Notes: a model not told the origin generated them from the letters alone. Shown: positions 32,405 to 43,081, counted from the first letter of the stretch. The stretch: 64,000 bases of DNA from Minisyncoccota bacterium (GCA_041661265.1 JBAZUT010000003.1:79191-143190), one strand, 5' to 3'. Made by a program: numbers and translations.

Positions 32405-33421
32405 ATGTACAAAAAAATGATGATCAGCATGACGAGAATACGATGCTTTCTTGTAGCAGTTTTTGTGGTCGCCGCATTGATACCGATCGAGACTCTTGGG
32501 ATCGGACAAACCACTGACCCTATCGCAATAAAAAATGCGCTGAGAGGAAATGAATACCAGCAGACCATGATCATAGTCAACACTGAAAAAACCGATTCGA
32601 CGATTGCGTTCGCCGCTCATGGAGACATTGATAAATGGGCTACATTCTATAAATTCAACGATTTCAGCACTCAACTGAGCGATGTCGTATTGAAAACGGG
32701 AGAGGTTCGCAATGTCAGCGTAGTATTCAAAATTCCTCAGGACACGCCCAATGGCGAATACAAAGGATTCATCAGTGCAGTCAAGAAAAATGATTCTTCA
32801 AGCTCAAGTGAAGGATCAAGCACTTCCGTTTCACAGGAAATAAACAGGGAGGTCACTATTGATGTAAATGATAATGAAGTTGTATCGTTCGAAGTCTCAG
32901 TCATTCCCAAGACATATGACCTTGTAAAAGGCGAGATGCTTGAGATCAGGCTTGTTTATGATAATAGAGGAAATACGAACATCACTCCTCAAGCCCAGAT
33001 CAAGATAAGGAAAGACGATCAGACCGTATATAATTCGATATATCCTTATCCGGAAAATGAACCGGGTGTGAAACCGGGAGCGGTATATGAAATTCCGGCT
33101 ATCCAGATCCCAACCAATAATTTCGAGAAAGGAAAGTTCCGCGCGGAAATGAATTTTCTTGTTGACGGAAAAATGATATTCGAAAAGAAATTCGGATTTT
33201 CCGTCGACATGCTGGGCGCCGACGACCAGGCCGGACTCGTTCTCGGGGCCAATGATAAAAACCTCATAAAAGGCATCACTGACATCGGCTTGCCTTTATA
33301 TGCGATCTTGGCATTATTCGTCATTGCAGGTATTTCTTTGATCTATAGAAAAAGCAAGCAAATGAAAAAGGTCCAAGTGATTCAAAAAGATATTTCCGAT
33401 GTCGCTGACGTGCAGCAATAA
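32405..33421 (+). CDS. secreted two-Ig-domain protein with C-terminal TM (WxL-interacting/DUF916-like architecture)
   Basis: Signal peptide, P..TPNGEY.G, NRGNT, C-terminal TM plus basic tail. Confidence 0.75.
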   Translation: MYKKMMISMTRIRCFLVAVFVVAALIPIETLGIGQTTDPIAIKNALRGNEYQQTMIIVNTEKTDSTIAFAAHGDIDKWATFYKFNDFSTQLSDVVLKTGEVRNVSVVFKIPQDTPNGEYKGFISAVKKNDSSSSSEGSSTSVSQEINREVTIDVNDNEVVSFEVSVIPKTYDLVKGEMLEIRLVYDNRGNTNITPQAQIKIRKDDQTVYNSIYPYPENEPGVKPGAVYEIPAIQIPTNNFEKGKFRAEMNFLVDGKMIFEKKFGFSVDMLGADDQAGLVLGANDKNLIKGITDIGLPLYAILALFVIAGISLIYRKSKQMKKVQVIQKDISDVADVQQ

Positions 33422-33475
33422 AGCCAATGTTTTCAAATAGGATGATTAGGGGGGATTAACAATAACCGTAAACGT

Positions 33476-36322
33476 ATGAATGTGACCATGAGCGAGTGTT
33501 TGACGGAAACAAAAAGAATTGCAAAAAAGATCATAAATATAAAAAGAATAAACAGAGCGTTGTCCTTGATAAGCGTAATCGCACTCGTCGTGCAAACCAC
33601 GATTGCGGGAAATATTGCCGGCTCATTTGTTTTTAGTGCAAAACCGGCTTTTGCTGTTTCTGCTGGTAGTTCCGTGAGTAAGTGTGAATGGTGGAGCCAA
33701 GAAGAGATAACGCCTGGAAATTGGGGTTGGGCAAGTAAGATTAATTATGACGTCACCAAAGCATGGTGCGATGGGAAAAGTCTGCCTCCAAATCGTCTTT
33801 CAACGTATACTCCCGCAGCCACCGCGAAAATTTCAGGATATAAATACAAGGACATAATTAATGATGGAATTGACGAGGGGGATACAAAAATTGCGGGATG
33901 GGAAATCGTCCTCTCTGGCAGCAAGTCGGCCACGACATCAACCGATGCGAATGGATATTATGTATTCAGCGGACTTATGCCCGGCAATTACACAGTATCG
34001 GAAGGATCAAATGCCGAAAAAGGAACGTTCGTCCAAACAGTGCCTGCCGGAAGCAGCTATTCGATCGCACTATCGGAAGCAGAAAATAAAACAGGAAATG
34101 ATTTTGCGAATTATTTTCCGAGTTGCGGAAATTCACTGACAGATGTTTTTGATGTTTACAGCGAAGCCTGCGACGATGGGATCCTGAATGGCGTTTACGG
34201 CTACTGCAACAGCGATTGTTCCGGCCAAACTGCAAGCATTTGCGGTAATGGCGCAAAAGAAGGCGATGAACAGTGCGATATTAGCGATGGTGTGGGAGCA
34301 CATCAGTCATGTTCAGATCAATGTTCGATAATAGATCTTCCTTTTTGCGGGGACAGTGTCAAAAATGGAGATGAAGCCTGCGATGGAACAGACGGAGTCG
34401 GCGAGCATCAAGCATGCACGGAAAATTGCACTATCGTCGATCTGGCATTTTGCGGAGACCAGACAAAAAACGGGAATGAGCAGTGCGACGGAGGCGACGG
34501 AACAAGCGAGCATTACAGCTGTACAGCTTCATGCACACTTGAATATATCCCATATTGCGGCGACGAGATCAAGAATAATAATGAAGCTTGCGACACAAAT
34601 GACGGCATAGGAGACCATCAATCTTGCAACAATGAGTGTTCAATCGTGAATATCCCATATTGCGGCGACGAGATCAAGAATAATAATGAAGCTTGCGACA
34701 CAAATGACGGCATTGGAGACCATCAGTCTTGTTCAGAGACATGCTCGATTGTCGAGCTGCCTTACTGCGGTGATGGCGCTAAAAATCAGGAAACTGAGGC
34801 ATGTGATGACGGAAATGCGGCTAACGGCGACGGATGCTCGGCAACTTGCGAGACAGAGATGCCGCAAGGACCTGTTTGCGGCGACAATATCAAAAATGGA
34901 AATGAGCAGTGCGACGGAACGCAGGGCATAGGAGAGCACGAATCGTGCAATAGCCAGTGCGTCATCCAGAACGATCCGTATTGCGGAGATAATATTGTAA
35001 ATGGAACTGAAGGTTGTGACGGAACGGCAGGAGTGGGCGAATATCAGTCTTGTTCCAACGAATGCACCATCACGAATCTGCCATATTGCGGAGATGGAGA
35101 AAAGAACGCAGCGGACCAGTGTGATGACGGAAATGCGGCTAACGGCGACGGATGCTCGGCAACTTGCGAGATCGAGGAAGAAAATAGCAATAATAATGGA
35201 GAATCCGGCAACAACAATACGGGCGGAGGAGGTTCTGCTGCGATCATGCAGTTCAATATTTCGGGCGAATCGCTCAGGTCATCGAATATCCGCGAAGACA
35301 GCGTCACGATCACATGGCTGAGTTCGCATTTCGCATCAAGCCAGGTCATATATTCTCTGGAAGGAGAAAGCCACGATCTGGATCTCAATGATAATTCCGG
35401 CACGCCGCCGAAATACGGCTATGCGCATACCACGGCCGAATTCGACAAAGATCCGAAAGTCACGGGACATTCCGCCACGATCACCGGATTGACGCCTGGT
35501 TCCGTTTATTACTATAGAACCGTTTCGCGCGGATCGTTTGCGGTCAGTGAAGAAAAAAGCTTTACTTTGCCGGATGCTGTGGTCAACAATTCTGATGCGA
35601 ATACTGCTGAAACGGCGGTCGCCAATAATGACGAAGGAGAGGTGAAGGGAATCACGTCAACATCGGAAGGCGATTCTCGCGACTGCAATTACATATCGTC
35701 ATTCATCAGGATCGGCGGGATCAATGATCCCGGCGAAGTGGAGAAAGTTGAAAAATTCCTGAATGATTTTGAAAGTGAAAATCTTTCCGTTGATGGAAAA
35801 TTCGAGCAAGCGGATTCAGATGCGATATCAAGGTTCCAGAAGAAATACACGAGTGATATTCTCGTGCCGTGGAATGGCAACATTCCGACCGGAAACGTAT
35901 TTACCACAACGATGAGCAAGATAAATGAAATATATTGCAAGAAGGACTTGCCCCTGACCGCAATACAGCTTGACGAGATCAGTGCCACGAAGACAAGGCT
36001 TGCGCTCGCTATTGCAAACAGTTCATCTGGAGACACGGAAAGTCCGGCTGCAGACAAAACAGCTCAGGATGAAACCGCCAGTGAATCTGTTTCGAATGAT
36101 GCATCAACGAATAGTGAAAATGGAAATGTGAAAGGCGCGTCTTCGGAAAATACCGAGAACGGAAGCGACGGAAATATCAGTAATGAAACGGCAAAAAACA
36201 ACGAGATCGAAACGAAGGTGGCGGGATATCAGACATATCTGAATTATATTCTGATTTTTGCCATAATTGCATCGGCAATATATGGATATGGCTATTATCG
36301 AAAAGGTAAACGGGAAGAATAA
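33476..36322 (+). CDS. large surface protein: SdrD-B-like domain, Cys-rich (DUF4215/Myxococcus-type) repeats, FN3-like domain, PG-binding-like region, C-terminal TM
   Basis: TDANGYYVFSGLMPGNYTVSE; about 10 CGD...E.CD repeats; GLTPGSVYYYR; C-terminal TM. Confidence 0.85.
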   Translation: MNVTMSECLTETKRIAKKIINIKRINRALSLISVIALVVQTTIAGNIAGSFVFSAKPAFAVSAGSSVSKCEWWSQEEITPGNWGWASKINYDVTKAWCDGKSLPPNRLSTYTPAATAKISGYKYKDIINDGIDEGDTKIAGWEIVLSGSKSATTSTDANGYYVFSGLMPGNYTVSEGSNAEKGTFVQTVPAGSSYSIALSEAENKTGNDFANYFPSCGNSLTDVFDVYSEACDDGILNGVYGYCNSDCSGQTASICGNGAKEGDEQCDISDGVGAHQSCSDQCSIIDLPFCGDSVKNGDEACDGTDGVGEHQACTENCTIVDLAFCGDQTKNGNEQCDGGDGTSEHYSCTASCTLEYIPYCGDEIKNNNEACDTNDGIGDHQSCNNECSIVNIPYCGDEIKNNNEACDTNDGIGDHQSCSETCSIVELPYCGDGAKNQETEACDDGNAANGDGCSATCETEMPQGPVCGDNIKNGNEQCDGTQGIGEHESCNSQCVIQNDPYCGDNIVNGTEGCDGTAGVGEYQSCSNECTITNLPYCGDGEKNAADQCDDGNAANGDGCSATCEIEEENSNNNGESGNNNTGGGGSAAIMQFNISGESLRSSNIREDSVTITWLSSHFASSQVIYSLEGESHDLDLNDNSGTPPKYGYAHTTAEFDKDPKVTGHSATITGLTPGSVYYYRTVSRGSFAVSEEKSFTLPDAVVNNSDANTAETAVANNDEGEVKGITSTSEGDSRDCNYISSFIRIGGINDPGEVEKVEKFLNDFESENLSVDGKFEQADSDAISRFQKKYTSDILVPWNGNIPTGNVFTTTMSKINEIYCKKDLPLTAIQLDEISATKTRLALAIANSSSGDTESPAADKTAQDETASESVSNDASTNSENGNVKGASSENTENGSDGNISNETAKNNEIETKVAGYQTYLNYILIFAIIASAIYGYGYYRKGKREE

Positions 36323-36661
36323 AACTCCAGAATCTCAACGTCTTTAAGTGGAATAGATGCCTTCAGATGCTATAAATGCTCCGCAGGAGAAGCGGAGTGT
36401 TTATTGTGATGCCAGAACCTGCCTTTCGGACAAGCAGTCGGCATGGTTGAGTTTATTGTGATATTTTGCTTCCGCATAAGAGAACCGTTTAATTCACCGT
36501 GACAGGAAGCGTCTATGGAGTTCAAATTTCAAACAAATATATGATCCGTTCCAACACTCGATTGCCCGGGGAGAAATAACTGTTTTGCTAATTGCTATTT
36601 ATATTATTTGATTTATTTGATATAATTAAAAAATAGCGCAATTTATATTTTAACAACTTTT

Positions 36662-37837
36662 ATGAAACAATCAGATTACAAAAAATCATTGGCATTGCAC
36701 AAAAAACATGGCGGGAAACTTGAGATCAGAAGCAAGTTCAAACTGGACAACAAAGACGACCTTTGCCTCGCTTACACTCCTTGCGTAGCTGAAGTCTCAA
36801 GGGAGATCGCAAAAAACAAAGAACTTGCAAAAATTTATACATTGAAGAAAAATACGGTCGCTATAGTTTCCGACGGAAGCGCTGTGCTTGGGCTTGGAAA
36901 CATCGGCCCCGAGGCCGCGATCCCTGTCATGGAGGGGAAAGCCGTGCTTATCAAGAAGCTCGCGGGAATCGATGGTTTTCCGATCTGCCTGGACACTCAA
37001 GATCCGGAAGAAATAATCAAAACAGTACGAATGATCGCTCCGGTGTTCGGTGGAATAAATCTCGAGGATATTTCCGCGCCAAAATGTTTTTATATAGAGA
37101 GCCAATTGCAGGACGTAGGGATTCCCATCTTCCATGATGACCAGCATGGAACTTCAATTGTGGTCACAGCAGCTTTGATAAACTCGGCAAAGGCGCTCAA
37201 AAGAAAAATATCAGACATGAAAATAGTCATCTGCGGCGCGGGAGCTTCAGGAACAGCCATAACAAAAATGATCCATGCGACTTTGCAGCCGAAAGATATC
37301 GTCGTCTGCGACAGCCAGGGGATAATCAGCCGGAGCAGAAGCGACCTGAATCCCGTCAAAATGAAGCTGCTTGAGATCACGAACAAACAGAACATTTCGG
37401 GATCGCTGCAAGATGCTCTTCCTGATGCAGATGTTTTTATCGGAGTATCCGTCGGAGGGATACTGAAACCGGAAATGATCACTCTTATGAACGCCGATCC
37501 GATCATCTTTGCGATGGCAAATCCGGTGCCGGAGATCATGCCTGATTTGGCGATCAAAGCCGGCGCTTCGATCGTGGGGACCGGAAGAGGAGATTTTCCC
37601 AATCAGATCAACAACGTGCTTTCTTATCCCGGCGTTTTCAAAGGACTGCTGTCATCCGGACTCACAAAGCTTACCGACGACATCAAATTAACAGCTGCGA
37701 AAGCTATCGCCGATTGCGTGAATAAGCCCAATAAGAACAAGATCCTTCCGAGCGCTCTCGACAAAAGGGTGCCTAATGAAATCGCGAAATCAATATACGC
37801 ATATAAAAAAACAAAGCATAGGATCGATAGCAAGTAA
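36662..37837 (+). CDS. NAD(P)-dependent malic enzyme
   Basis: AYTPCVA, DGSAVLGLGNIG, VMEGKA, NLEDI, FHDDQHGT, GAGASG, NQINN. Confidence 0.94.
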   Translation: MKQSDYKKSLALHKKHGGKLEIRSKFKLDNKDDLCLAYTPCVAEVSREIAKNKELAKIYTLKKNTVAIVSDGSAVLGLGNIGPEAAIPVMEGKAVLIKKLAGIDGFPICLDTQDPEEIIKTVRMIAPVFGGINLEDISAPKCFYIESQLQDVGIPIFHDDQHGTSIVVTAALINSAKALKRKISDMKIVICGAGASGTAITKMIHATLQPKDIVVCDSQGIISRSRSDLNPVKMKLLEITNKQNISGSLQDALPDADVFIGVSVGGILKPEMITLMNADPIIFAMANPVPEIMPDLAIKAGASIVGTGRGDFPNQINNVLSYPGVFKGLLSSGLTKLTDDIKLTAAKAIADCVNKPNKNKILPSALDKRVPNEIAKSIYAYKKTKHRIDSK

Positions 37838-37950
37838 AGGTCTGCCCCCGCCTCAAGAGACGAAGAACTGTCTTTGTGCTAAAAAGCATTTCTTATTATC
37901 AAGCCCTGGTTTTAAAATAGTTTTTATGCTTAAGATGACGACTGATTTTT

Positions 37951-37979
37951 TTGACGTTTCGACTTTTTAAATGTATAAT
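37951..37979 (+). promoter_or_regulatory. sigma70 promoter of pst operon
   Basis: TTGACG-17 bp-TATAAT. Confidence 0.7.
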
Positions 37980-38030
37980 AAATTCATATAGCTTGAACTG
38001 TTTAATATAACGCTGTTAATTTTAAAAACA

Positions 38031-38972
38031 ATGAATAAATTAAATCTGATAGTGTTAATCTTTTTAATAAGCTGTGTCATGGCTTATATTTTTTTTGGCA
38101 ATAATGCGAACGATATTAATAATCCGCAAAATACTCAGAATGAAAGTTTGGCGATGAAAGGATCCGATACTGAAGTTCAACTGGTTTCTAATCTCGCCGA
38201 AGCATTTACTGTGAAAAATTCCAATGCCGATATTTCTGTAACTGGCGGAGGAAGCGGAGTAGGCATAGCCGCCTTGATCAACGGCGAAATAGATTTGGCA
38301 AATTCATCGCGGGCAATGAAGCAGGATGAGATATCTCAATCTGCGAACCGTGGTCTTGATGTTCAGGAGTTTATCCTGGCAATTGACGGTCTAACTGTTA
38401 TTACTCACTCTGAAAATCCTATCAATCAACTCTCCATAGACCAACTTGGAAAAATATACAAAGGGGAGATTAAAAATTGGAAAGAAGTGGGTGGAAATGA
38501 CACTCCAATCGTTCTTTATGGGAGACAGAGCACCTCGGGAACCTATAACTTTTTTCGAGATTCGGTTGTTAACAGCGATTATTCTTCAGAGATGAAAACC
38601 ATGGAAGGCAATCAGGCTATTGTCGAAGCAGTCAAGCAGGATACAAATGGCATTGGATATGTTGGTGTTGGTTATGCTAAAAATGACAAAGGAGAACCAC
38701 GACAAGATATTAAGATTATATTACTCCATGGAGTTGGAGAGCCCCCCGTTTCTCCGCTTGATGAACTTGCTGTCAAAGATGGCCGATATCCGATCGCTCG
38801 ACCAATATTTCAATATATACCGCGTCTTCCCCTGAAAAATTCTATCCTGGAAAGATATCTCCAATTTGAGGCGTCAAATGAAGGGCAAATAATAATTGAA
38901 AATGCCGGTTTTTACTCACTCAATGACGAATATCGCAATAAAAATCAACAATTGTTCAATAAGATCAAATAA
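38031..38972 (+). CDS. pstS: phosphate ABC transporter substrate-binding protein
   Basis: KGSDT, GGGSGVG, SSR, RQSTSGT, YPIARP. Confidence 0.93.
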   Translation: MNKLNLIVLIFLISCVMAYIFFGNNANDINNPQNTQNESLAMKGSDTEVQLVSNLAEAFTVKNSNADISVTGGGSGVGIAALINGEIDLANSSRAMKQDEISQSANRGLDVQEFILAIDGLTVITHSENPINQLSIDQLGKIYKGEIKNWKEVGGNDTPIVLYGRQSTSGTYNFFRDSVVNSDYSSEMKTMEGNQAIVEAVKQDTNGIGYVGVGYAKNDKGEPRQDIKIILLHGVGEPPVSPLDELAVKDGRYPIARPIFQYIPRLPLKNSILERYLQFEASNEGQIIIENAGFYSLNDEYRNKNQQLFNKIK

Positions 38973-38973
38973 A

Positions 38974-39861
38974 GTGAACTCTAATCATAGTTCGATCAAT
39001 ATTTCAGAAAATCTTCCCAAGTGGGCCTTTGGTTTTATGGCCACTCTTACAGTTGTGATTTTGTTCGGGATCTTTATATTTTTGCTCATAAGCGGTCTGG
39101 GAACATTCAGGGAGATCGGGTTAGGCGAATTTTTTTTGGGAACCGATTGGAATCCGACCGCATTCAATGCTCCGTCCTGGGGGATTCTGTCTTTAGTCGC
39201 TGGCACAGTTATGATCAGTTTGCTGGCAATTTCGATTGCCATTCCTTTTGGTTTGTCAATCGCGATATATCTTTCCGAAATAGCTTCTCCTAAAACAAGA
39301 GAGATTCTAAAGCCGCTTGTGGAAATGATCGCCAGCATCCCATCGGTAGTACTGGGTTTTCTGGGACTGCTGTTCGTGGCTCCCCTTATCGCAGGGATAT
39401 TTCATTTAACGAATGGACTGAATGCATTGACCGCTTCCATTCTGGTTGCAATCGCAGCTTTGCCGACCATTGCCAGTATCTGCGAAGATGCTCTGTCGAA
39501 TGTCAATCAGAGGTTCAGGGAAGCGAGTCTGGCCCTGGGAGCCACCAAATGGACAACAATAAAAAGAATAGTTATCCCTGCGGCGAGTTCCGGTTTGATC
39601 GCAGCTTGTATGCTTGGCCTGGGAAGGGTCATTGGTGAGACAATGATCGTACTCATGGTTGCCGGCAACAATCGGGCATTTCCACATTCTTTTTTAGATG
39701 CAGTGAATCCTATGACGGCTAATGTCGCCATTGAAATAAAAGAAGTTGTGGTAGGGAGTCTTCATTGGCAGAGCCTATTTATGATCGGATTTGTTCTTTT
39801 TATGATGACTTTTGTGATAAATTTCATAGCAGATTTATTGATTTACAAAAAATCATTATGA
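38974..39861 (+). CDS. pstC: phosphate ABC transporter permease
   Basis: ASIPSVVLG, REASLALGATKW, GRVIGETM; probable GTG start at 38974. Confidence 0.93.
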   Translation: MNSNHSSINISENLPKWAFGFMATLTVVILFGIFIFLLISGLGTFREIGLGEFFLGTDWNPTAFNAPSWGILSLVAGTVMISLLAISIAIPFGLSIAIYLSEIASPKTREILKPLVEMIASIPSVVLGFLGLLFVAPLIAGIFHLTNGLNALTASILVAIAALPTIASICEDALSNVNQRFREASLALGATKWTTIKRIVIPAASSGLIAACMLGLGRVIGETMIVLMVAGNNRAFPHSFLDAVNPMTANVAIEIKEVVVGSLHWQSLFMIGFVLFMMTFVINFIADLLIYKKSL

Positions 39862-40715
39862 AAATAAAAAACATTACATCGGAGTCAATATATTTTTCTA
39901 TATTTCACGCCATGACACTTATAGGAATAGGGTTGCTCATTTTGACTCTGATTCTGCTGCTTTTGTCCGGATACTCCGTGATCGATCAGGATTTTCTGAC
40001 AAGGAACTGGCAGCATAGGGACATTACCCAAGGGGGCATATTTCCTGCTATTTTGGGATCTTTATATTTGGGACTTGGCGTAATAGTGATAAGTTTTCCC
40101 CTGGGAATAAGTACTGCGATATTCCTTACCGAATATTCGAAAAATAATCTATTGAACAGAATAATTCAGCTGGCTATCAGAAACCTGTCCGGCGTGCCCT
40201 CTGTAGTATACGGCCTGTTTGGACTCGTGGTTTTTGTAAACATTTTATCCTTCGGCTCTTCTCTCCTTTCGGGGGTTTTAACGTTATCACTCATGACCAT
40301 ACCGTGGATCATTACGGCTTCAGTGGAGTCTTTCCAATCCGTACCGCAAAAATTCCGCGAAGCAAGCCTTGCGCTCGGAGCAACCCAATGGCAAACGATC
40401 AGAAAAGTAGTGCTTCCATCAGCTATTACCGGATGCATAACCGGAGGAATTATAGGCGTAGCTCGAGCGCTTGGTGAAACAGCTCCGCTTATTATGGTCG
40501 GAGCTACTTTTTATCTTTCAAAGCTTCCTTCTTCTCCCCTTGATAAATTTATGGCTCTTCCTTATCATACATTCATTTTAGCAACCCAGCATTCCAGTCC
40601 GTATGCCAATAGTTATGCGGCGGGCACGGCATTCGTATTGATAATGCTGACTTTTTTGTTGAGTTTGGGCGCGATCATTCTGCGCTTTCATTTTAGAAGT
40701 AAAAAAGATTGGTAA
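39858..40715 (+). CDS. pstA: phosphate ABC transporter permease
   Basis: GGIFPAI, GVPSVVYG, ARALGETAPL; probable ATG 39858. Confidence 0.93.
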   Translation: MKIKNITSESIYFSIFHAMTLIGIGLLILTLILLLLSGYSVIDQDFLTRNWQHRDITQGGIFPAILGSLYLGLGVIVISFPLGISTAIFLTEYSKNNLLNRIIQLAIRNLSGVPSVVYGLFGLVVFVNILSFGSSLLSGVLTLSLMTIPWIITASVESFQSVPQKFREASLALGATQWQTIRKVVLPSAITGCITGGIIGVARALGETAPLIMVGATFYLSKLPSSPLDKFMALPYHTFILATQHSSPYANSYAAGTAFVLIMLTFLLSLGAIILRFHFRSKKDW

Positions 40716-40724
40716 ACCAAATTT

Positions 40725-41549
40725 ATGCACAAAACAGTCATTTCAGTTCGCAGTCTTAATATCTGGTACAGTGATTTTCATGCAATCAAAAATGTCAATA
40801 TGGATCTTCCTGAAAATCAAATAACTGCTCTCATCGGAGCGTCTGGCAGTGGAAAATCAACATTCTTACGATCCCTGAACAGGATGCTCGATATCATCCC
40901 TAGCGCGAAAATAGAAGGGGATGTGATTTTTAAGGGAGAAAATATTCTTGATCAGGATTCTGATGTAGTCTCACTGCGCAGAAAAATCGGCATGGTATTC
41001 CAAAATTCAACGCCTTTTCCTAAGTCAATTTTTGAAAATATCGCGTATGGCCTTGAATTACAGGGTATCAAAAAAGAATCCCGCGGATTTTGGAAAATGT
41101 TCAGTAATCAGAAATATGACTCACTTGAACTGGAAAAAAGCAGCCATCCTCTGGACAAAGCAGTTGTTAAGAGCCTTAAGGAGGCAGCGCTTTGGAAAGA
41201 AGTCAAGGACAGACTGCATCAGTCGGCATTCCGGTTATCCGGCGGACAGCAGCAGCGTCTATGCATCGCCAGGTCCTTGGCAGTGAAACCGGAAGTGTTG
41301 TTATTGGACGAACCTTGCTCGGAGCTTGACCCTATCTCAACCAGAAAAATCGAGGAGCTTCTCACTTTATTGAAAGAGAAATATACTATTGTCATCGTTA
41401 CCCATAATCTATATCAAGCAAAACGAATTTCGGATCATGTCGGTTTTTTTCACATGGGAGAATTGATGGAGTTTGGAAGTGCTAAAGATATTTTTGAACA
41501 TCCTAATCAACCCATTACAAAGGAATATGTATGCGGAGGTTTTGGATGA
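40725..41549 (+). CDS. pstB: phosphate ABC transporter ATPase
   Basis: GASGSGKST, LRSLNRM, LSGGQQQRLCIAR, LLDEP. Confidence 0.95.
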   Translation: MHKTVISVRSLNIWYSDFHAIKNVNMDLPENQITALIGASGSGKSTFLRSLNRMLDIIPSAKIEGDVIFKGENILDQDSDVVSLRRKIGMVFQNSTPFPKSIFENIAYGLELQGIKKESRGFWKMFSNQKYDSLELEKSSHPLDKAVVKSLKEAALWKEVKDRLHQSAFRLSGGQQQRLCIARSLAVKPEVLLLDEPCSELDPISTRKIEELLTLLKEKYTIVIVTHNLYQAKRISDHVGFFHMGELMEFGSAKDIFEHPNQPITKEYVCGGFG

Positions 41550-41716
41550 AAAATCGGCAATATATCATAAAGCTCAGCGACTGCAATGAGATCAGTGCGC
41601 TGAAAAGAACTTCTCATGCATACAAAGTCGGAAGCAAAGTTTCAATCACCTTCTATCCGGACAATATACTGATATTCGATAAGCCGGTAAATCTCGATTC
41701 GGAAATGTCTGTTTAG
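41546..41716 (+). pseudogene. possible TOBE-like C-terminal remnant of an ABC ATPase
   Basis: 56 aa, YKVGSKVSITFYPDNILIFD resembles TOBE-domain ends. Confidence 0.35.
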
Positions 41717-41753
41717 AAAGTCACATTCAGCACTCTCATTCGTTATTATCAGT

Positions 41754-42323
41754 ATGGAAAAAATCACAGAATACAACACGAAGCTTTTGATGAATTTGGC
41801 AAAAAATGGCGACAGTGAAGCATTTGAAGCCGTTTATTGCAGATATTTTACACCCATATACAGATACATCCTGTGCGGCGTCAGAAACAGGGAGATCGCA
41901 GAAGACATAGCTCAAACGGTATTCCTGAAAGCATTCAAGATGATAGAGAACTACAAAGACAACGGATCTGATCCTGCGCCATACTTTTACACAATTGCGA
42001 AAAATGCGGTTATCGACCACTGGAAAAAGAAAAAAGACATTCTTTACGGCGACGATCCGGAAAGAGTAAACACTATTTCCGATGTTTCGAAAAACCCCCT
42101 TGAAAAGATCGAGGACAACGAAAAGGCGCAAGAACTGATGGAATGCGTTGGAAAACTGTCCGAAGACCAAAAAGAGATCATTACCCTGAAATTCATTTGC
42201 GATCTTTCTAATCGCGAGATATCCGCTTATACGGGAAAAAACGAAGATGCCATAAGACAGCTTCAATGCAGAGCTCTGAGGTCGCTAAAAAATATATTAA
42301 AAACAACGCATGAAAATAAATAA
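41754..42323 (+). CDS. ECF RNA polymerase sigma factor
   Basis: AEDIAQTVFLKAF, YTIAKNAVIDHW, region 4 LSNREIS...IRQLQCRAL. Confidence 0.92.
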   Translation: MEKITEYNTKLLMNLAKNGDSEAFEAVYCRYFTPIYRYILCGVRNREIAEDIAQTVFLKAFKMIENYKDNGSDPAPYFYTIAKNAVIDHWKKKKDILYGDDPERVNTISDVSKNPLEKIEDNEKAQELMECVGKLSEDQKEIITLKFICDLSNREISAYTGKNEDAIRQLQCRALRSLKNILKTTHENK

Positions 42324-43062
42324 CGAGAGCGACGTTCAAATAAACAAAGCCATCACGCTCAGGGAATCCGGAAAGAGCGATGAGGATATATTCAGGATGT
42401 TTCCCTCGCTGAAAGATGAAATATCCGAAATTTTCGAGATCATCGATATGCTGTCACAAAACGGAAAAAAAATGCTTCCCCCAAAAAATCTTTTGAAAAA
42501 GGTGCTTGTGAACGTACCCAGACAAAACAAGACTGAAAGCATTCTAAAGCAGGGGGACAGGACGTTTCCACGGCATGCAAACAACAAGCCTTTCGATGAG
42601 GAACCGTATCAGCAGAAAAGTCGAGCATACTTTAACATATTAAATCTAATTTCAAACACCATGAACAAAAAAACTGCTATGGGCATGGGAATTGTCATTC
42701 TCATGCTGGTTTTTGCAGTCGGCGCTTCAGTTGCACTGAAGGGCAAACGGGCAAAGAACTTAAACGATCAAAATATCGCCATAGAAAATGAGATCAATGC
42801 CGAAAAAGATTCTTTTGAACAGGACAGCGCGGACCTTGACGAACTGGCCAGCGACAATTCAGCTGAAGAAATAGGAACGGGACTTGCGGATATTGATAAA
42901 GAGGTCGAGACCGCATCCATAACCTCGGCTGCCGAACTGGAATTATTCGAGAAAGAACTTGCCTATGACCTCGACGCTTTTTCATCGGACCTGGACAGCA
43001 CTTCCGGGATCGAAAATGACAATTCGCTAAACACACTATCTGCCGATCTTGGCGGAGTATAA
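42310..43062 (+). CDS. putative anti-sigma factor (single TM, acidic C-terminus)
   Basis: Overlaps the ECF stop; one TM; position typical of anti-sigma genes. Confidence 0.55.
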   Translation: MKINNESDVQINKAITLRESGKSDEDIFRMFPSLKDEISEIFEIIDMLSQNGKKMLPPKNLLKKVLVNVPRQNKTESILKQGDRTFPRHANNKPFDEEPYQQKSRAYFNILNLISNTMNKKTAMGMGIVILMLVFAVGASVALKGKRAKNLNDQNIAIENEINAEKDSFEQDSADLDELASDNSAEEIGTGLADIDKEVETASITSAAELELFEKELAYDLDAFSSDLDSTSGIENDNSLNTLSADLGGV

Positions 43063-43081
43063 TAAATAATTATTTAAAAAT

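Noticed and set aside
34100-35180. Periodic repeats as a CRISPR array
   Set aside because: They are in-frame Cys-rich protein repeats, with no repeat-spacer structure and no cas genes.
37995-38022. Pho box upstream of pstS
   Set aside because: The two ctgtt half-sites are 15 bp apart rather than 11.
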